NCBI GenBank assembly: GCA_012295275.1
Contig: CM022673.1
Coordinates: 16,058,001-16,122,000 of the forward strand
Direction of reading: 5' to 3'
Length of the DNA: 64,000 nucleotides
Origin: Chrysomallon squamiferum
Lineage: Eukaryota; Animalia; Mollusca
Positions 26,617 through 41,019 of the stretch are shown piece after piece. The stretch's first letter is position 1; each line of letters starts with the position of its first letter. A program made the position numbers and the translations under genes. The notes beneath the pieces are model-generated. The model saw only the letters and a program-made list of their open reading frames with translations. It had not been told where the DNA came from and did no database searches.

Positions 26617-27145
26617 TTAAATAAACTAAGATTTTAATTTTTAATTTTTAATTTATTTATTTGTTTTTTATTTGTTTGTTTATTTATTTTTTTTTTTTTT
26701 TTTTTAAAAATAGAAAAAAAACGCGAGCGTGGTTATTTAACGATAGTCTCTTACTAAGTATGACTTGCCGCTATTTCGCACATAATTAAGACATGGGCAG
26801 TTTCGGAAAAAGACTTCCTGTTTGTTTGATTGACAGGTGTTTATTTTCAGCTGTAGACTCATATGTGACTGTTACTGGAAACAGGGCCCTTGGTTCGAGA
26901 TAACAGGTTAAATAAAAACAACAAAACAAACATGTCCTTGCTCTTTTCCAGAAATTATCATTGTACGTGTCTGTGCCTGTTTTATAAGTATGATGTTTTT
27001 ATGGGGCTTGCCCAGAAGTTTATCAAATTTCGTTATGCTTTTTATAAAACAGATATGCATGTATGTCTGTATGTATGTGTGTGTTTGCACATAGGGCAAA
27101 CATATGGCATCCATTCGCACACAACCCGTTCTAACTCGAGACAAC

Positions 27146-27330
27146 CGTATGTTGTGTATGTATGTATGTGTGTATGTGTGTGTGTATGTATGTGTGTATG
27201 TATGTATGTGTGTATGTGTGTGAATGTATGTGTGTATGTATGTGTGTATGTGTGTGTTTGTATGCGTGTATGTATGTGTGTATGTATGTATGTGTGTATG
27301 TATGTGTGTATGTATGTATGTATGTATGTA

Positions 27331-27369
<39 letters not shown>

Positions 27370-28055
27370 GTGTGTATGTATGTGTGTATGTATGTGTGTA
27401 TGTATGTGTGTATGTATGTGTGTATGTATGTATGTATGTATGTGTGTATGTATGTGTGTGTATGTGTGTATGTGTGTGTGTTATGTGTGTATATGTGTAT
27501 GTATGTGTGTATGTGTGTATGTATGTGTGTATGTACGTGTGTATATATATATGTGTGTATGTGTGTGTGTGTATGTGTATGTGTGTATGTATGTGTGTAT
27601 GTGTGTGTGTATGTATGTATGTATGTGTGTATGTATGTGTGTATGTATGTATGTATGTGTGCATGTATGTGTGTATGTATGTGTGTATGTGTGTATGTGT
27701 GTGTGTATGTGTGTATGTATGTGTGTGTATGTATGTGTGTATGTATATATGTGTATGTATGTATGTGTGTATGTATGTATATGTGTGTATGTATGTGTGT
27801 ATATATGTGTGTGTATGTGTGTGTTTGTGTATGTATGTGTGTGTGTATGTATGTGTGTATGTATGTGTGTATGTATGTGTGTATGTATGTGTGTATGTAT
27901 GTATGTATGTATGTATGTACATATCTATGTATGTATGTATGTGTGTATGCATGTATGCCTATATGTATTATGTATGTACGTATCTATATATGTATGTATA
28001 TATGTGTGTGTGTATCGTTTTTTACATATGTGTGTGTGTTTGTGTATGCATGTAT
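27146..28055. repeat. ~900-bp compound (TG)n/(TATG)n microsatellite
   Basis: Direct reading; source of the 273-391 aa VCMY/HTYI ORFs. Confidence 0.95.
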
Positions 28056-28989
28056 CCTGTTATGAGATTTCAATATTACGACTATCACAGAGTATTGTTA
28101 TTATTTTTTTGTAGATGTAAAATGTATATATAATTTGTTGTTGTTGTATTTGTTTTTTGTTTTTATTAAAAGAAAGAAAAAGAACAACTTTCATAAATTT
28201 ATATTCGTTTTCACCGTTATTAAATTGTTATCTTTTGCAATAAAATCGGCTTAAGCTTTTTTATTTAAACAAGAAGCGTTTATATGTCAAAAAAAAAAAA
28301 AAAAAAAAAAAACTCCCGCCTCTTTTTTTTATTTTTATTCATTTCGTAGAAACTGGATGTGTGTAGGAGCGGTATCTCTTCGTGAAAATACTTTTTCCCC
28401 GAGAACCGCATTGATAGCTGAGACTATATTAATCTTCCTCTCTCCTTTTTGTGTGTGACTGGCTTATTAAAATATAACAAGATGTATATAACAATATTTG
28501 GCTTATTAAAAAATATAATAATATTTAGTTTCCATATTTTATATATGTATATATGTGTGTGTGTGTGTGTATTATAATATTTTATATAGTTCATGTTTAT
28601 TATTTTTTATTATTGTTGTTGTTGTTATTTTTAATTGTTTATGTTGCTGATGTTGTTGTTGTTGGTTTACTGTTTTAATCATTCATTTAAAATATTGCTG
28701 CTTGTTTTCGTTGTTGATTCTGTTACTGTTATTATTATTATATTCGATAATGTTATTATCATCATCATCATCATTATTATTATTATTATTATACTTTTAG
28801 TAACAGTATCAGTGACAGTAGCCGAATATAGAGCAGAGAAGCCGTAGAAGCTGTAAACGTTGACGTAGTAGTAGTATAAATAATACAAACATCTGTCATT
28901 GTTGAAGTAGTGGTAATAGTAGTAATAGTGAAAGTATTAGCATTAGAAGTTGTTGATTCATTTAAATGACTTATACTATCATTTTTTTT

Positions 28990-29520
28990 TTTTTTTAAAG
29001 TTTTTAGTACAATATTTTTTTCTCTAAAGCTATCAGTACACTAATTATTTTAAAACTATTAACACTATTTTTGTTTAAAACTATTAGTACTATTTTTGTT
29101 TAAAGCTGTTAGTATTATTTTACACCTTTAAAGCGATTAGTACATTTTTTTCCTTTAAAACAATTAGTACTATTTTTCCTTCAAAGCTTTTAGTACTATT
29201 TTTTTTATTTAAAGCTAATAGTTTTCTTTTTCTTTTCTTTAAAGCAATTAGTATTATGGTTTTCTTTAAAGTTGTTAGAACTATTTTTTCTTTAAAGCTA
29301 TTAATTCTATTTTCTTCTTTTCTTTAAAGTTATCAGCACTATTTGTTTCTTTAAAGCTAATAGTTCTAATTTTCTTTTCTTTATAGCTATTTGTATTATG
29401 TTTTCATTAAAGTTTTAATTTAATGCTAACAGTTCTATTTTTCCTTTCTTTAAAGTTATTAGTACTATTTTTTGCTTTAGAGCCACTACTACTATTTTTT
29501 TCTTTAAAGCTTTTACTGTT
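28990..29520. repeat. Degenerate ~26-32-bp minisatellite (TTTAAAGCTATTAGTACTATTTTT)
   Basis: About 18 diverged units, plus a stray copy near 29895-29960. Confidence 0.8.
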
Positions 29521-29664
29521 AATAATTCCTTAACCGAAATGCTTGCAATCGGAAATGTTTCGAATTTCCAAATTTTTCGAATTTTGTAATATAAAGAGAT
29601 AGACAAGCTGAAAAAAGAGATATCTAGGTCTAAACGCGAATTCCACATATATTTCATATACAGG

Positions 29665-29724
<60 letters not shown>

Positions 29725-30303
29725 ATTTCTCGTAATTTTTTGTATAAACTAAAGTTTGCGTGCTACAAAAAAATATAAAAAAACTGCAAGAATTTCATTT
29801 TTTGTGCTGCGCGAAAAAGGTTTCACATATGTATATGTACACACACACACATACACAGACACACACACGCACACATATACATATATACATACATAAAGCT
29901 ATTAGTACCATTTTTGTCATTCAATCTGTTAGAACTCTGTTTATATTTAAAGCTGTTTTGAGAAGATCAGTCCATTACTGCGTTTTTATTAAATATTTAT
30001 ATCATTCAAAATGAATAAACTAATTCATTTAAATTTCAGAAATAAAATACTAATTTTATTATGTACAATGCAATTTATAAAGAGTAAATTAATTAATTAA
30101 CAGAGTATTTTTTTTTTTTTACAAATATTTGCTTTCGAGAAAATAAAATGGATACATTTAATTTTATTTCGTTTGCAAAGTTTAACGAAAAAGTAAAAAG
30201 ATTTAATTAAATGTATTTTTATATAGTCTCACTGTAGACCTTTTTATTTTAAATTTATATTTGTATATTATATTAGATATTTTTACATATCATCATCATC
30301 ATC

Positions 30304-30361
<58 letters not shown>

Positions 30362-30379
30362 TTTCTTTTAACTTTTTAA

Positions 30380-31165
<786 letters not shown>

Positions 31166-32397
31166 GTTTGTACAATTGAATTATGCTTCCTCATAAAAAG
31201 TATTCTTATTTCAAAATTAGAAATACTGTCACTTGGCAAGCATGTGATGTTAGGCGTCACTGCGGAAAAACCCTCTAATTTAAACAGCGTAATGTGAAAA
31301 GAATTCATGTCAGACTGCTTGAATAAACCTCAGCAAATTTTATTACTGTTATCCTTGATATCTTTCTCCTTAAAAGTATTAGTATAAGACTCACACCAAA
31401 TTTAATTAAATTAAAAAAAATAAAAAAAAAAAAAAAAAAAAAGAAATTAAGGAAGAAAGAAAATGAGCATATATATATATATATATGATGAATACATTTT
31501 TGGATGGACGGATTGTTGGAAGGAAGGAAGGATGCATGGATGGCTGAATTAAGGGGGGTGTTCAACTGGTACACAAGTAAGTGAGCAGGCAGACAAGTAC
31601 ATAGGTGTGTAGTGTGTACTGCGTCTGTCTCCCTCCCCTCAGGAACAAAGTATTTGTGTAATGTACATCCTAGAGCGAAATACGTAAGATAAGAATGTGT
31701 ATTATGTAATTTTGTGAAGAATCTGCTTTGTCAAAGTCTAATAACAACAACAACAACAACAACAACAATAATAATAATAATAATAATGTAGATATTATAG
31801 AAGCTGTCGTAGTAGTACTTGTAGTAGCACTAGTAGTGATGGCAATTGTAGTACAGTAGTAATAGTAGTAGTAGAGTAGTTGTAGTAGTGATAATATAGT
31901 AAAGTAGTAGCAGCAACAGTAGCAGTTAGTAGAAGAAGTAGTAGTAGAAGTAGTAGTAGTAATAGTAACATAACAGAGTATAATAGTGATAGTACCACTA
32001 GAAGTAGTAGAAGTAGTAATGATAGCAGATTAATATGTAACAGTGTTCATTATGTACATAAATGGTTTCATTGGTAAGCTTATCAGGTTATTATTTTCCT
32101 CTGGTTCAGTAGATAAATAAATAAATACATAAAAATATGATTATAATGTTTGTATTAAAATCAACAGGAATTGAAAAAAGTCAAAATTAAAATTAAATCA
32201 AAAACTAATAATGCGGTACTGACATCAAGCTATGGACTTAAAGATCTAAGAAACGAGAGATTCACTTGTTATTAACAAACCTATTTTTCAAATATAAGCC
32301 ATGCCAAGATTCGATCTCGGCTTCTCCCGCTTAAAGCTTTGTTATATACCTGCTAAGGCCTTACACCTTATTGTTAATTGGTGTTGCCTTAGCAAGA

Positions 32398-32592
32398 AGG
32401 AAGTTAATACTCGCATTTGATTGGATGATTTCCCCGCACTTTAAATTTTGTTTCCGGGTTCAGCTATAAATGAGCACCTTTAACTGTGACGGTTAATAAT
32501 TTAGCTTCAAGAGTTATCTTTCTTGGCTAGTAATTTTCTCTCTTTATTTCAAGACGTTTTTGCCGTTCTTACGTGAAGGAGTCGAGTTAAAG
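32398..32592 (+). promoter_or_regulatory. Candidate TATA promoter and non-coding first exon of the ETS gene
   Basis: AGGAAG at 32398-32403, inverted CCAAT (ATTGG) at 32420-32424, TTCCGG at 32452-32457, TATAAA at 32465-32470. Donor AAG|GTATTT at 32593; downstream acceptor TTTCAG at 33300. Confidence 0.55.
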
Positions 32593-33304
32593 GTATTTTG
32601 CATTCTTATTCTAGGAAGTGGAAATTTCGAGACAGAAGGCGATGATGATATGACATTTTTTGTTGTTTAAGTAAATAAAAGTAAACAAATATGTATGTTT
32701 AAAAAAAAAAAAAAAAAAAAAAACGAGGAAAACAGTAATAATTAAAATATTTATATTTAACACAAAGACGACTGAATGCTTGTCAAATAAAGCTATCTTT
32801 ACATGGTTTGTTACTAAGAAAAGTTAATAGTCTGTTTTCTTTTTGATTAAAAAATAATAATAATAATAAAATAAATAGCAAAGCCTTTAAAAATAAAACA
32901 TTATTAATAATAATAACAATAATAATTAACTTTATTAATATAATACAATTCAAAGTAATAATGAATTGCAATATAAAAAAAAAAGAAGAAAAAAAAAAGA
33001 AAATAGTCAAAAAAGCGGATGTTTGATTTTAAAATATATATTACCACCGACCCCTTCCCTGCTGTTTTGTCGTGACCAAGCCCAAGGTGTGGGCTTGACC
33101 ATTCACATGTCAAGGAAAAGAAAAGTAAGCCAGGTGAATAAAATGAAACATTTCTGTAATACGCTGATATAATAAAAATAAATAAACAAGGCCTCATAAG
33201 TATGTAAAATGCAGGTACCCTGTGACCTTTGGCCTTTAGACTGAGAAAACTTAACGATAGAACTCTGTGGCTGTTGACAAGCTTTCGTTTCTGGTTTCAG
33301 ACTG

Positions 33305-35927
33305 ATGTTTACGTCCTGGTCGTCGTCGTTTCAGCCGCCAGTGACCAGTGGGCAGTATCAGATGCCACTGGTGCCCAGGATTTTAGGTAAGTCGTTTTAT
33401 AAAAGTTTTAATCGCGATGTGAAAAGTTGCGTAACGAACGCGAACAGTTTTTACCTGCGGTTTTCGTCTAACAGTTGTTGAGGTCTTTACTAACTTATTT
33501 ATGTATTTACTTACTTACTTACTTACTGACTGACTGACTGACTTAATTAATTACTTAATTACGATTTATTTTATTGTTTATTTGTTAAAATATCTATTTC
33601 GTTGTTTAGTCTTTAAAGAAATAATAATAATAATAAAATAACTTTGTAAACTTTTAATAAGTGTAATGGTAGAGTTAGGAGTAGAAGCTGTAGCTGTGTA
33701 ATGTAGCACCTGTTGATGTAGAAGTAATCGTTGTCGTCGTTATACTAATAGGAGCAGTAGCAGTAGTGGTGGTACTAATAGAAACAGCAGTGGCAGTAGT
33801 AACAGCAGTAGTAATAATAATAGTAGTGGTATCAGTAGTAGAACCAGTAGTAGTAGTAGTAGTAGTAATACTTTTAGCAGTTGTAGTAGTCTTTGTCGTA
33901 GTAGTAACCATCAGTCGTAATGTAGTAGTAGGGATTGTAGTAGAAGTAGCTGAAGTCGTAATAGTATAGTAGTAGTAGTGATAGTACCAAAAGTGGTGAC
34001 ATGGTAGCATCAGTAGTGATGGTGGTTGTGGTTATGGTAATAATAATAGTAGTAGAAGAAGTAGCTGTGGTAGTAGCGGAAGTAGTAGTAGTAGTAGTAG
34101 CAGTAGTAGTAGTAGAAGAAGAAGAAGAAGAAAACGAAATAGCTTAATAGTAGTAAAGGCGTTAGTAAAAGTAAGTTTTAACAACAGTAGAAAAAGCCGC
34201 TGTGGTCGTCGTATCGAGGTAATTTAATCACAGTATATTTGATAGACGTAGTTGTTGTTTGTAGGCAACGTCGGTCGCACTGATGATAAAATTAACATTA
34301 ATATATATTTTTATGTTCAAGAGAAAAAAAAAGAAATCCTCATAAACATTTTTGGGAATATTTTTAGTTAAACAAATAAACAAGACCATGTGACCGTTTA
34401 AAATATGACTTTTAATTGTTGCAGGGATCGTAGTTACAGACGCAGTTGTAACGTATTAACTAATAATGGTAACGTCTGTAGCGTTGTTGTGATAACAGAA
34501 GTAGTTGTAGTTGCATTAGGAATTGCTTTGTTGCTGATGTAAGAGAAAGGCATATAACTTTGTTGATCTGAATCTGAATTTGACGCATTTTTAACATTTG
34601 TGTAAATGTGTATTTATGTAAGTTTGCGTTTTTTGTATGTGTTTTGAATGTATAAATGTATGTGTTGATATGCACGCATGTATTACGTGTGTATGAATAC
34701 ATTTGTGTTGGTATGTATGTCCATGAATGTTTGTTGTGCTAGGTGTGTTAATATGTGTATCTGTGTGTATGTGTCTGTGAAAATGTTTTATGAGTGTGTA
34801 TGTATATATGTTAATTAGTATGTGTATGAATATGTTTTATGGGTGTATATGTTTGTATGTATGAATGTTGTGTGTGCATTTGTGTGTTTGTGCATGCATA
34901 TGTGTGTAAATATATATATATATATGTGAGTGTGTATTTCACCTCGTTCGCCTTTTTTACTTCCTTTGTTTATTATTGTTGCTGCCGTCGTAGTTGTTGC
35001 TATTTGCGTCGTTTTGACTAACATTTGGGTCACGTATACGTAATTATCCTAGTTCAGTTTTTGGGTTAAAGTCATCTAAAACGTGTTCCTTTTCATACTG
35101 TATTAATCTCTTTTACTTTTTATGAACGGTCTGGCTTTTTTATTTTTACTTACTAATTTTTAATGTTTTTTATTTTAAATTTGTTTCCTTCGTACTATTT
35201 GTAATGGAAGTATTTTTTATTGCTATTTTTAACCCATCATCTGTTAGCTGCAAAACAGAACTGATAAACAATTTTAATTATATATTTAAAAAATATGAAT
35301 AATCAATTAAAATTAAAATTAAAATTAAAATTAAAATTAAAATTAAAATTAAAATTAGAATTAGAATTAGAATTAGAATTAGAATTAAATTTAAAATTAA
35401 AATTAAAATTTAAAATTGAAATTAAATTTGAAATTGAAATTGAAATTAAAATTAAAATTAAAATTAAAATTAAAATTAAAATTAAAATTAAAATCTCCAA
35501 GTCAACTACACCAGTATAATATTACATATATGAGTATATGTGTGTATTTTTATTTTTTTTATCTTATTATGATAAATCATGATCTAGCGCTTTTTATGAA
35601 CTCAATACATCCACACACACTGACGCGGCACGCCTTCACAATATGATAGCGATCCGGTTATCTTCGAAAAGAAGACGCCTTTCAGTTGTCCCCAAATGTT
35701 CAACTTCCTTGTTTGAAAATACCTGTTGTGAGATTTATAACACACCCTTTTTCTTTTCTTTTTTTTTTCTTCTCGAAAAACGCTTTTGTTAGTCATACGG
35801 ATGTGTTTTAGTTTTCTCTTGTGTCTCGGAAATCTTTGTTTCGTCTTTCTTTTCTTTTCTTTCTTTCTTTCTTTCTTATATTTCTTTCTTTCTTTTTTTT
35901 TTTTTTTTTCTTTTTTTTTTATATTTA

Positions 35928-35983
<56 letters not shown>

Positions 35984-36862
35984 TGTTGTTGTTCTTATTT
36001 TTTATTTATTTATTTAATTATTTATTTATTTATTTATTGTAGTAGTCGTTGTTATTATTGTTGTTGTTGTTGATAATAAGGATGGTGTTGTTGTTGCTGC
36101 TGCTGTTGCTGATGTTGTTCTTGTGACTGTTTTATTAATGTAGTATTAAGGTGCTGGACTGAAGCGATTTGCACTTCAGTTTTACCTTCTTTACTGACGC
36201 CGTTCGCCGATTTCCCTCTCCAGTGATTGTGTTATCCCCATAGCTCCCCAATCTATGGCAAGATACGTAGAAACGAGCAGTTAATCCTAATCAGAGCTGG
36301 ATTAACCGCTAAGTAACACAAGCACATGTCGGGGGCGTGAAATGGAAGATGGCAACAGAAAATTTCCATTTTATAAATAATTAAATATATATATAAACAC
36401 ACACATAATAATAATAATAACACACACACACACACAGAGAGACAATAATAATAAAATAGTAACAATAGATGTTAATGATATACACGCAGACAGTGGCATT
36501 AGCATATTTTTAATATTAATGGTCATAAACCGTTGAGCTGAGCGCTCATTGTCTCAGGTCCATATTTAATAACTATTCTGTATATAAAGCATTGTGTTTC
36601 ATCATCATTATCATCATCAGTATCATCATTAGTATTATTATATATCGTTTCCATTATCTCATTATCATCTTCATAGTTAGTTGTTCCGTTACAGTTGTGT
36701 TATTTTTATTTAATAACTATTCTATATATAAAGCATTGTATTTATCATGATAGTCTTTAATAACATCACCATCGTCATCATTATTATCATCATTTGTATT
36801 ATTATCTCACAATTATCATCATTTTCATCGTCATAGTAATTATTATTGTTGTTGATATTATT

Positions 36863-36895
<33 letters not shown>

Positions 36896-38175
36896 ACTGT
36901 TATAATTACCATCATCATTATCATCATCACCATCATTATTATTATTATTGTTATTATTATTTTTGTTGTTATTATCATTATTATTATTGTTGTTGTTACT
37001 GTTATTATTATTATTGTTGTTGTTGTTGTTGTTGTTGTTGTGATTGTGATTGTGACTGTGATTGTGATTGTTATTGTCAGCTCATCATCCTCACACGTGG
37101 AGTAAGGAGGATGTGAAGATATGGCTGAGATGGTGCGCGGACGAGTATTCCCTGGAACCGATTTCTCTTGACACATTTGATATGAATGGTACCATTTTAA
37201 TATTCTAATATACACATAATTATACATATAAGTGTATATACTCATATGTACAGATATGCATACACATACACACACATACGCATATTCACATTTTAATTAA
37301 GTGGGTATAAATTATATTAACTTGTATAAAACATAGTGATTCGTCCGTACGATCTTTGTTATTTACACTTAATTTCAAAATGTTTATATTCAAACTGAAG
37401 TTTAATATCTTTATATTCACACTAAATTGTAGCCTGTTTGTATTTACATTAAATTTTAATTTCTATATCTTTTGATTTAATCTTCGAATTTTATATTTTC
37501 ATTACGTTTTAATATATTTATATCTATATCATATTTTTAACATCTTCATATTTACAAGAAACTTTAGTACCTTCGTGTATATCTAAACTGTAGTACTTGT
37601 TGGCATACACTAAACGGTATTAACTTAAAATTTGTCCCAAATTTTAATATATTCGTTTCTATGCTAACTTTTAATATCTTTTTTATTTACACTAAATTTT
37701 TATACTTTATGTATATCTTTATACTTATTCTTAATTTAACTAACTAGGTAAAGCACTTGATCTGCTGACGAAGAAAGATTTTATAGACAGAGTTCCTAAA
37801 TCTGGCGATGTTTTGTTTAACGCTTTTCAGCTGCAGAAAAAAAAACACAGTGGTGAGACCATATTTTACACAGCCAATTGACAGATAAATTTATTACTCA
37901 AAAACTGTATATCGTCATTGAATGACGTCAAATTATCCATGGTTAAAAAGAAATAGTGTGCATTGTTTGCGAATGATAAAGCATGATAACAATGTCATAA
38001 GCCTATTGTTGTTGTTCTTTCTATTTTTTATTTTGTTTTATTTTTTCATTTTATTTGTTTGTTTTTGTTTTGGTGTTTTGTTGTAGCTTTTGTTCTTCTT
38101 GTTTTTGATCATCTGTATATAACAGCAGTAGTATTCATATAGACATTCATAGAGACAGAATAAAACTTGGTGTTT

Positions 38176-38249
<74 letters not shown>

Positions 38250-39804
38250 GAAGGTGATAAAAGTAATTTTCTAAATAAAATTGAATAAATTAACGTTTTG
38301 TTGACAATCCTAAAATGTGTACGTTTCAGTAACTCACGCAGACTTCACACGTGACTGCTCACCGTGCAGAGTCGTAGGACCGGAACCGCAGTGTTACTAC
38401 AAGTCTTCACCATGCCGCACCTCGCCAGGTAATCTACACTGTCTAACTTCATTAATCTACAAGTAATCTACACGGTCTACACTTTATTGTTCTACAAATT
38501 ATCTACACTGTCTACAGTTCATTGATCTACAAGTAATCTACACGGTCTACACTTTATTGTTCTACAAATTACCGCACTGTCTACACTTCATTAATCTACA
38601 AATAATCTAGATAGTTACACTTTAATCTATAGATAATCTACACGGTCTGCATTGAAGTTTTTTTATTCTACAGATAATCTTAATTTTATTATTATACTAA
38701 TAATCTACACAGTATATACTCCATTATCCAGTTATTGTCCTTAATATACCCATCATTTGTTTGTTTTTTAATTTATTATTCATATTCATATTCATATTCA
38801 TATTATTATTATTATTGTTGTTTGTTTTTTTTTTTTTTTTTTTTTTGAAGATAGATAAAAAGCAAAATTTATAAAATAATAATAATAATAATAATACATA
38901 ATTTCATGTTTAATTACTGTCCTTGACGTTATATGTAACGCCACATAATCACAGATCTAAAAATAAATCTGAGAGTATCATTAAATAAAACATTACATCT
39001 TTCTTTTAACATTTTCACTTTCAGTTCTCCTTAGTCCCAGAACGAATAGCATTTTTCTAGCGAGTGATCACAACACATCAGTGAAAAACAGCCCTGAAGT
39101 GAAGTCAGAAAAAACTATCTTGCCTCTGATTTCCCTACCAGCTACTTTTTCATCATCTGATTGTAAATGTCCCAGTGTCTCTAACTTGCCAGGTAAAAAA
39201 AAAAAAAAAAATAAAAAAATAAAAAATAACAACAACAACAAATAAAGCAACAATATGATTGCAGATGTTATGGTATCACTGCTATATTTTTTAACATCAA
39301 GATTATATTTACTTCTTTACATCAAAGCCACAGATTATTTTTACCTATCCCAGTTTCCAGTTGCGTCATGGCCATTTTGTTTCCGTAGTTCGTAGAAGTT
39401 AAGCATGATTGACAACAGAGATATCTGTCCAAGTTCGTGATATAATAATTAATTAATATCATTATTTATTTATTTATTTATTTAGTTTGATAGTTAGATG
39501 GTTAGTTAGTATTAGTTTTAGTTTTAGTTTATTTATTTTTATTTATCTATCCATCTATCTATATCCTATTTATCTGTCTTTCTATCTATATGACACATTT
39601 ATAATTTATATTTATAATTAACCAATTAATAAATTAAATGTCGAAAATAATGTTTATAGCCTGTATTTCAATAAGTAATTTTATTTAAAGTAATATATTT
39701 GTATTCCTCCTTTGTCTTCCTAGAAAGTGTTTCCTTCTATTAACACTTGTATAATTATATGCATCTACAACTGTCTAAGGATTATGCACATACATACACA
39801 GAGA

Positions 39805-39844
<40 letters not shown>

Positions 39845-40924
39845 TGCATCCCACTTAACTACACTTATATATCTCAGTGACTGGGGTGTTTAATATTTCC
39901 AAATTTTTCTTTATCTTTTTATTCGTTTCAGTCTCAGTGTCCAGGTCGAATGGTGTTTTTCTGTTGTCCAGTCAAAACAATTTATCACCAAAGCGAAGCT
40001 GTTCCTCCACCAAGTCAGATTACAGCTTCATAACTGATCTGTCCAGTTGTTTTCAGACAGCCACGTTTTCATCTGACGTCAAGTGTGTCCCCAAAGTCTC
40101 CACATCACTTCCAGGTAGTCGTGCAGAAACTTAAGTTTCAAGTCCTCTGGGTTTTTTTTAGTTGTTTCATTTATTTATTATTATTATTTATTATTATTAT
40201 TATTCTTGTTTGTTTTGTTTGTTGGATTCTTTTGCTTTTGTAATTATTGTTGTAATAATACTTGTTACTTTTGTCATTATCAATTACCAAAGCTGTTCGC
40301 GAACGCGTCATAGTTTTTGACTACACAGGAACTACGTCACAGTCAGACGTGCGTCATTTTCGAATACTAATTCGGCATGAGTAATCAGTGGTTACAGGAT
40401 AATTGTATTACTGAAAGGAAATGAGTGATTGCAAACGAAAGACGTAGAGCTGTAACTATTAGTTACTACTTTAAGTTTCTCTAGGCCAGGAAACAAACAA
40501 ACAAAATCTTCCAGAAAATACTTATCATCTGTTTAGTGAATCATAATTTCCATTCCTGCTCATGACCAGTCCAACCAGTGACTCCTAATGATTTATCAAA
40601 AGCCGAAATAAATGGAATGTAATTTTCTGCATAAACATAATTTTAAAATGAGCATTTATTATTCCTAGAACCATTATTTATGTATCTGCTTATGTATGTA
40701 TATAAAATAAAAATAAAACACACACAAGCCAAAATATTTATATTTATATATAAGACTGGAAAGGAAGTTTAAGATGAATGGCTAATATTTATCGTTGTCT
40801 GCTTATTTCAGAAAGTATTCTGACTCCAGCTTCCATCAGTCCGAAGTCCGAGAGTACTGTCTCCGACGCTGATTCAACACAGACAGGTAAAAATAGAAAA
40901 TATTCATAGTATTTAAAATAGACA

Positions 40925-41019
<95 letters not shown>

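Noticed and set aside
26890-28133. 273-391 aa ORFs on both strands
   Set aside because: Translations of a (TG)/(TATG) microsatellite that lacks stop codons.
32295-32365. tRNA gene or tRNA-derived SINE head on the minus strand (GATCGAATC B-box-like)
   Set aside because: No cloverleaf and no convincing A box; too degenerate to call.
35306-35493. Interstitial telomeric repeat
   Set aside because: Units are TTAAAA/TTAGAA rather than TTAGGG or TTAGG; simple slippage explains it.
33675-37275. Thr-, Val- and Ile-rich ORFs resembling mucins or membrane peptides (also 17918-18190, 24359-24604, 31795-31998)
   Set aside because: Degenerate (GTA)n/(ATT)n/(GTT)n microsatellites in introns or intergenic DNA, with no splice or domain support.
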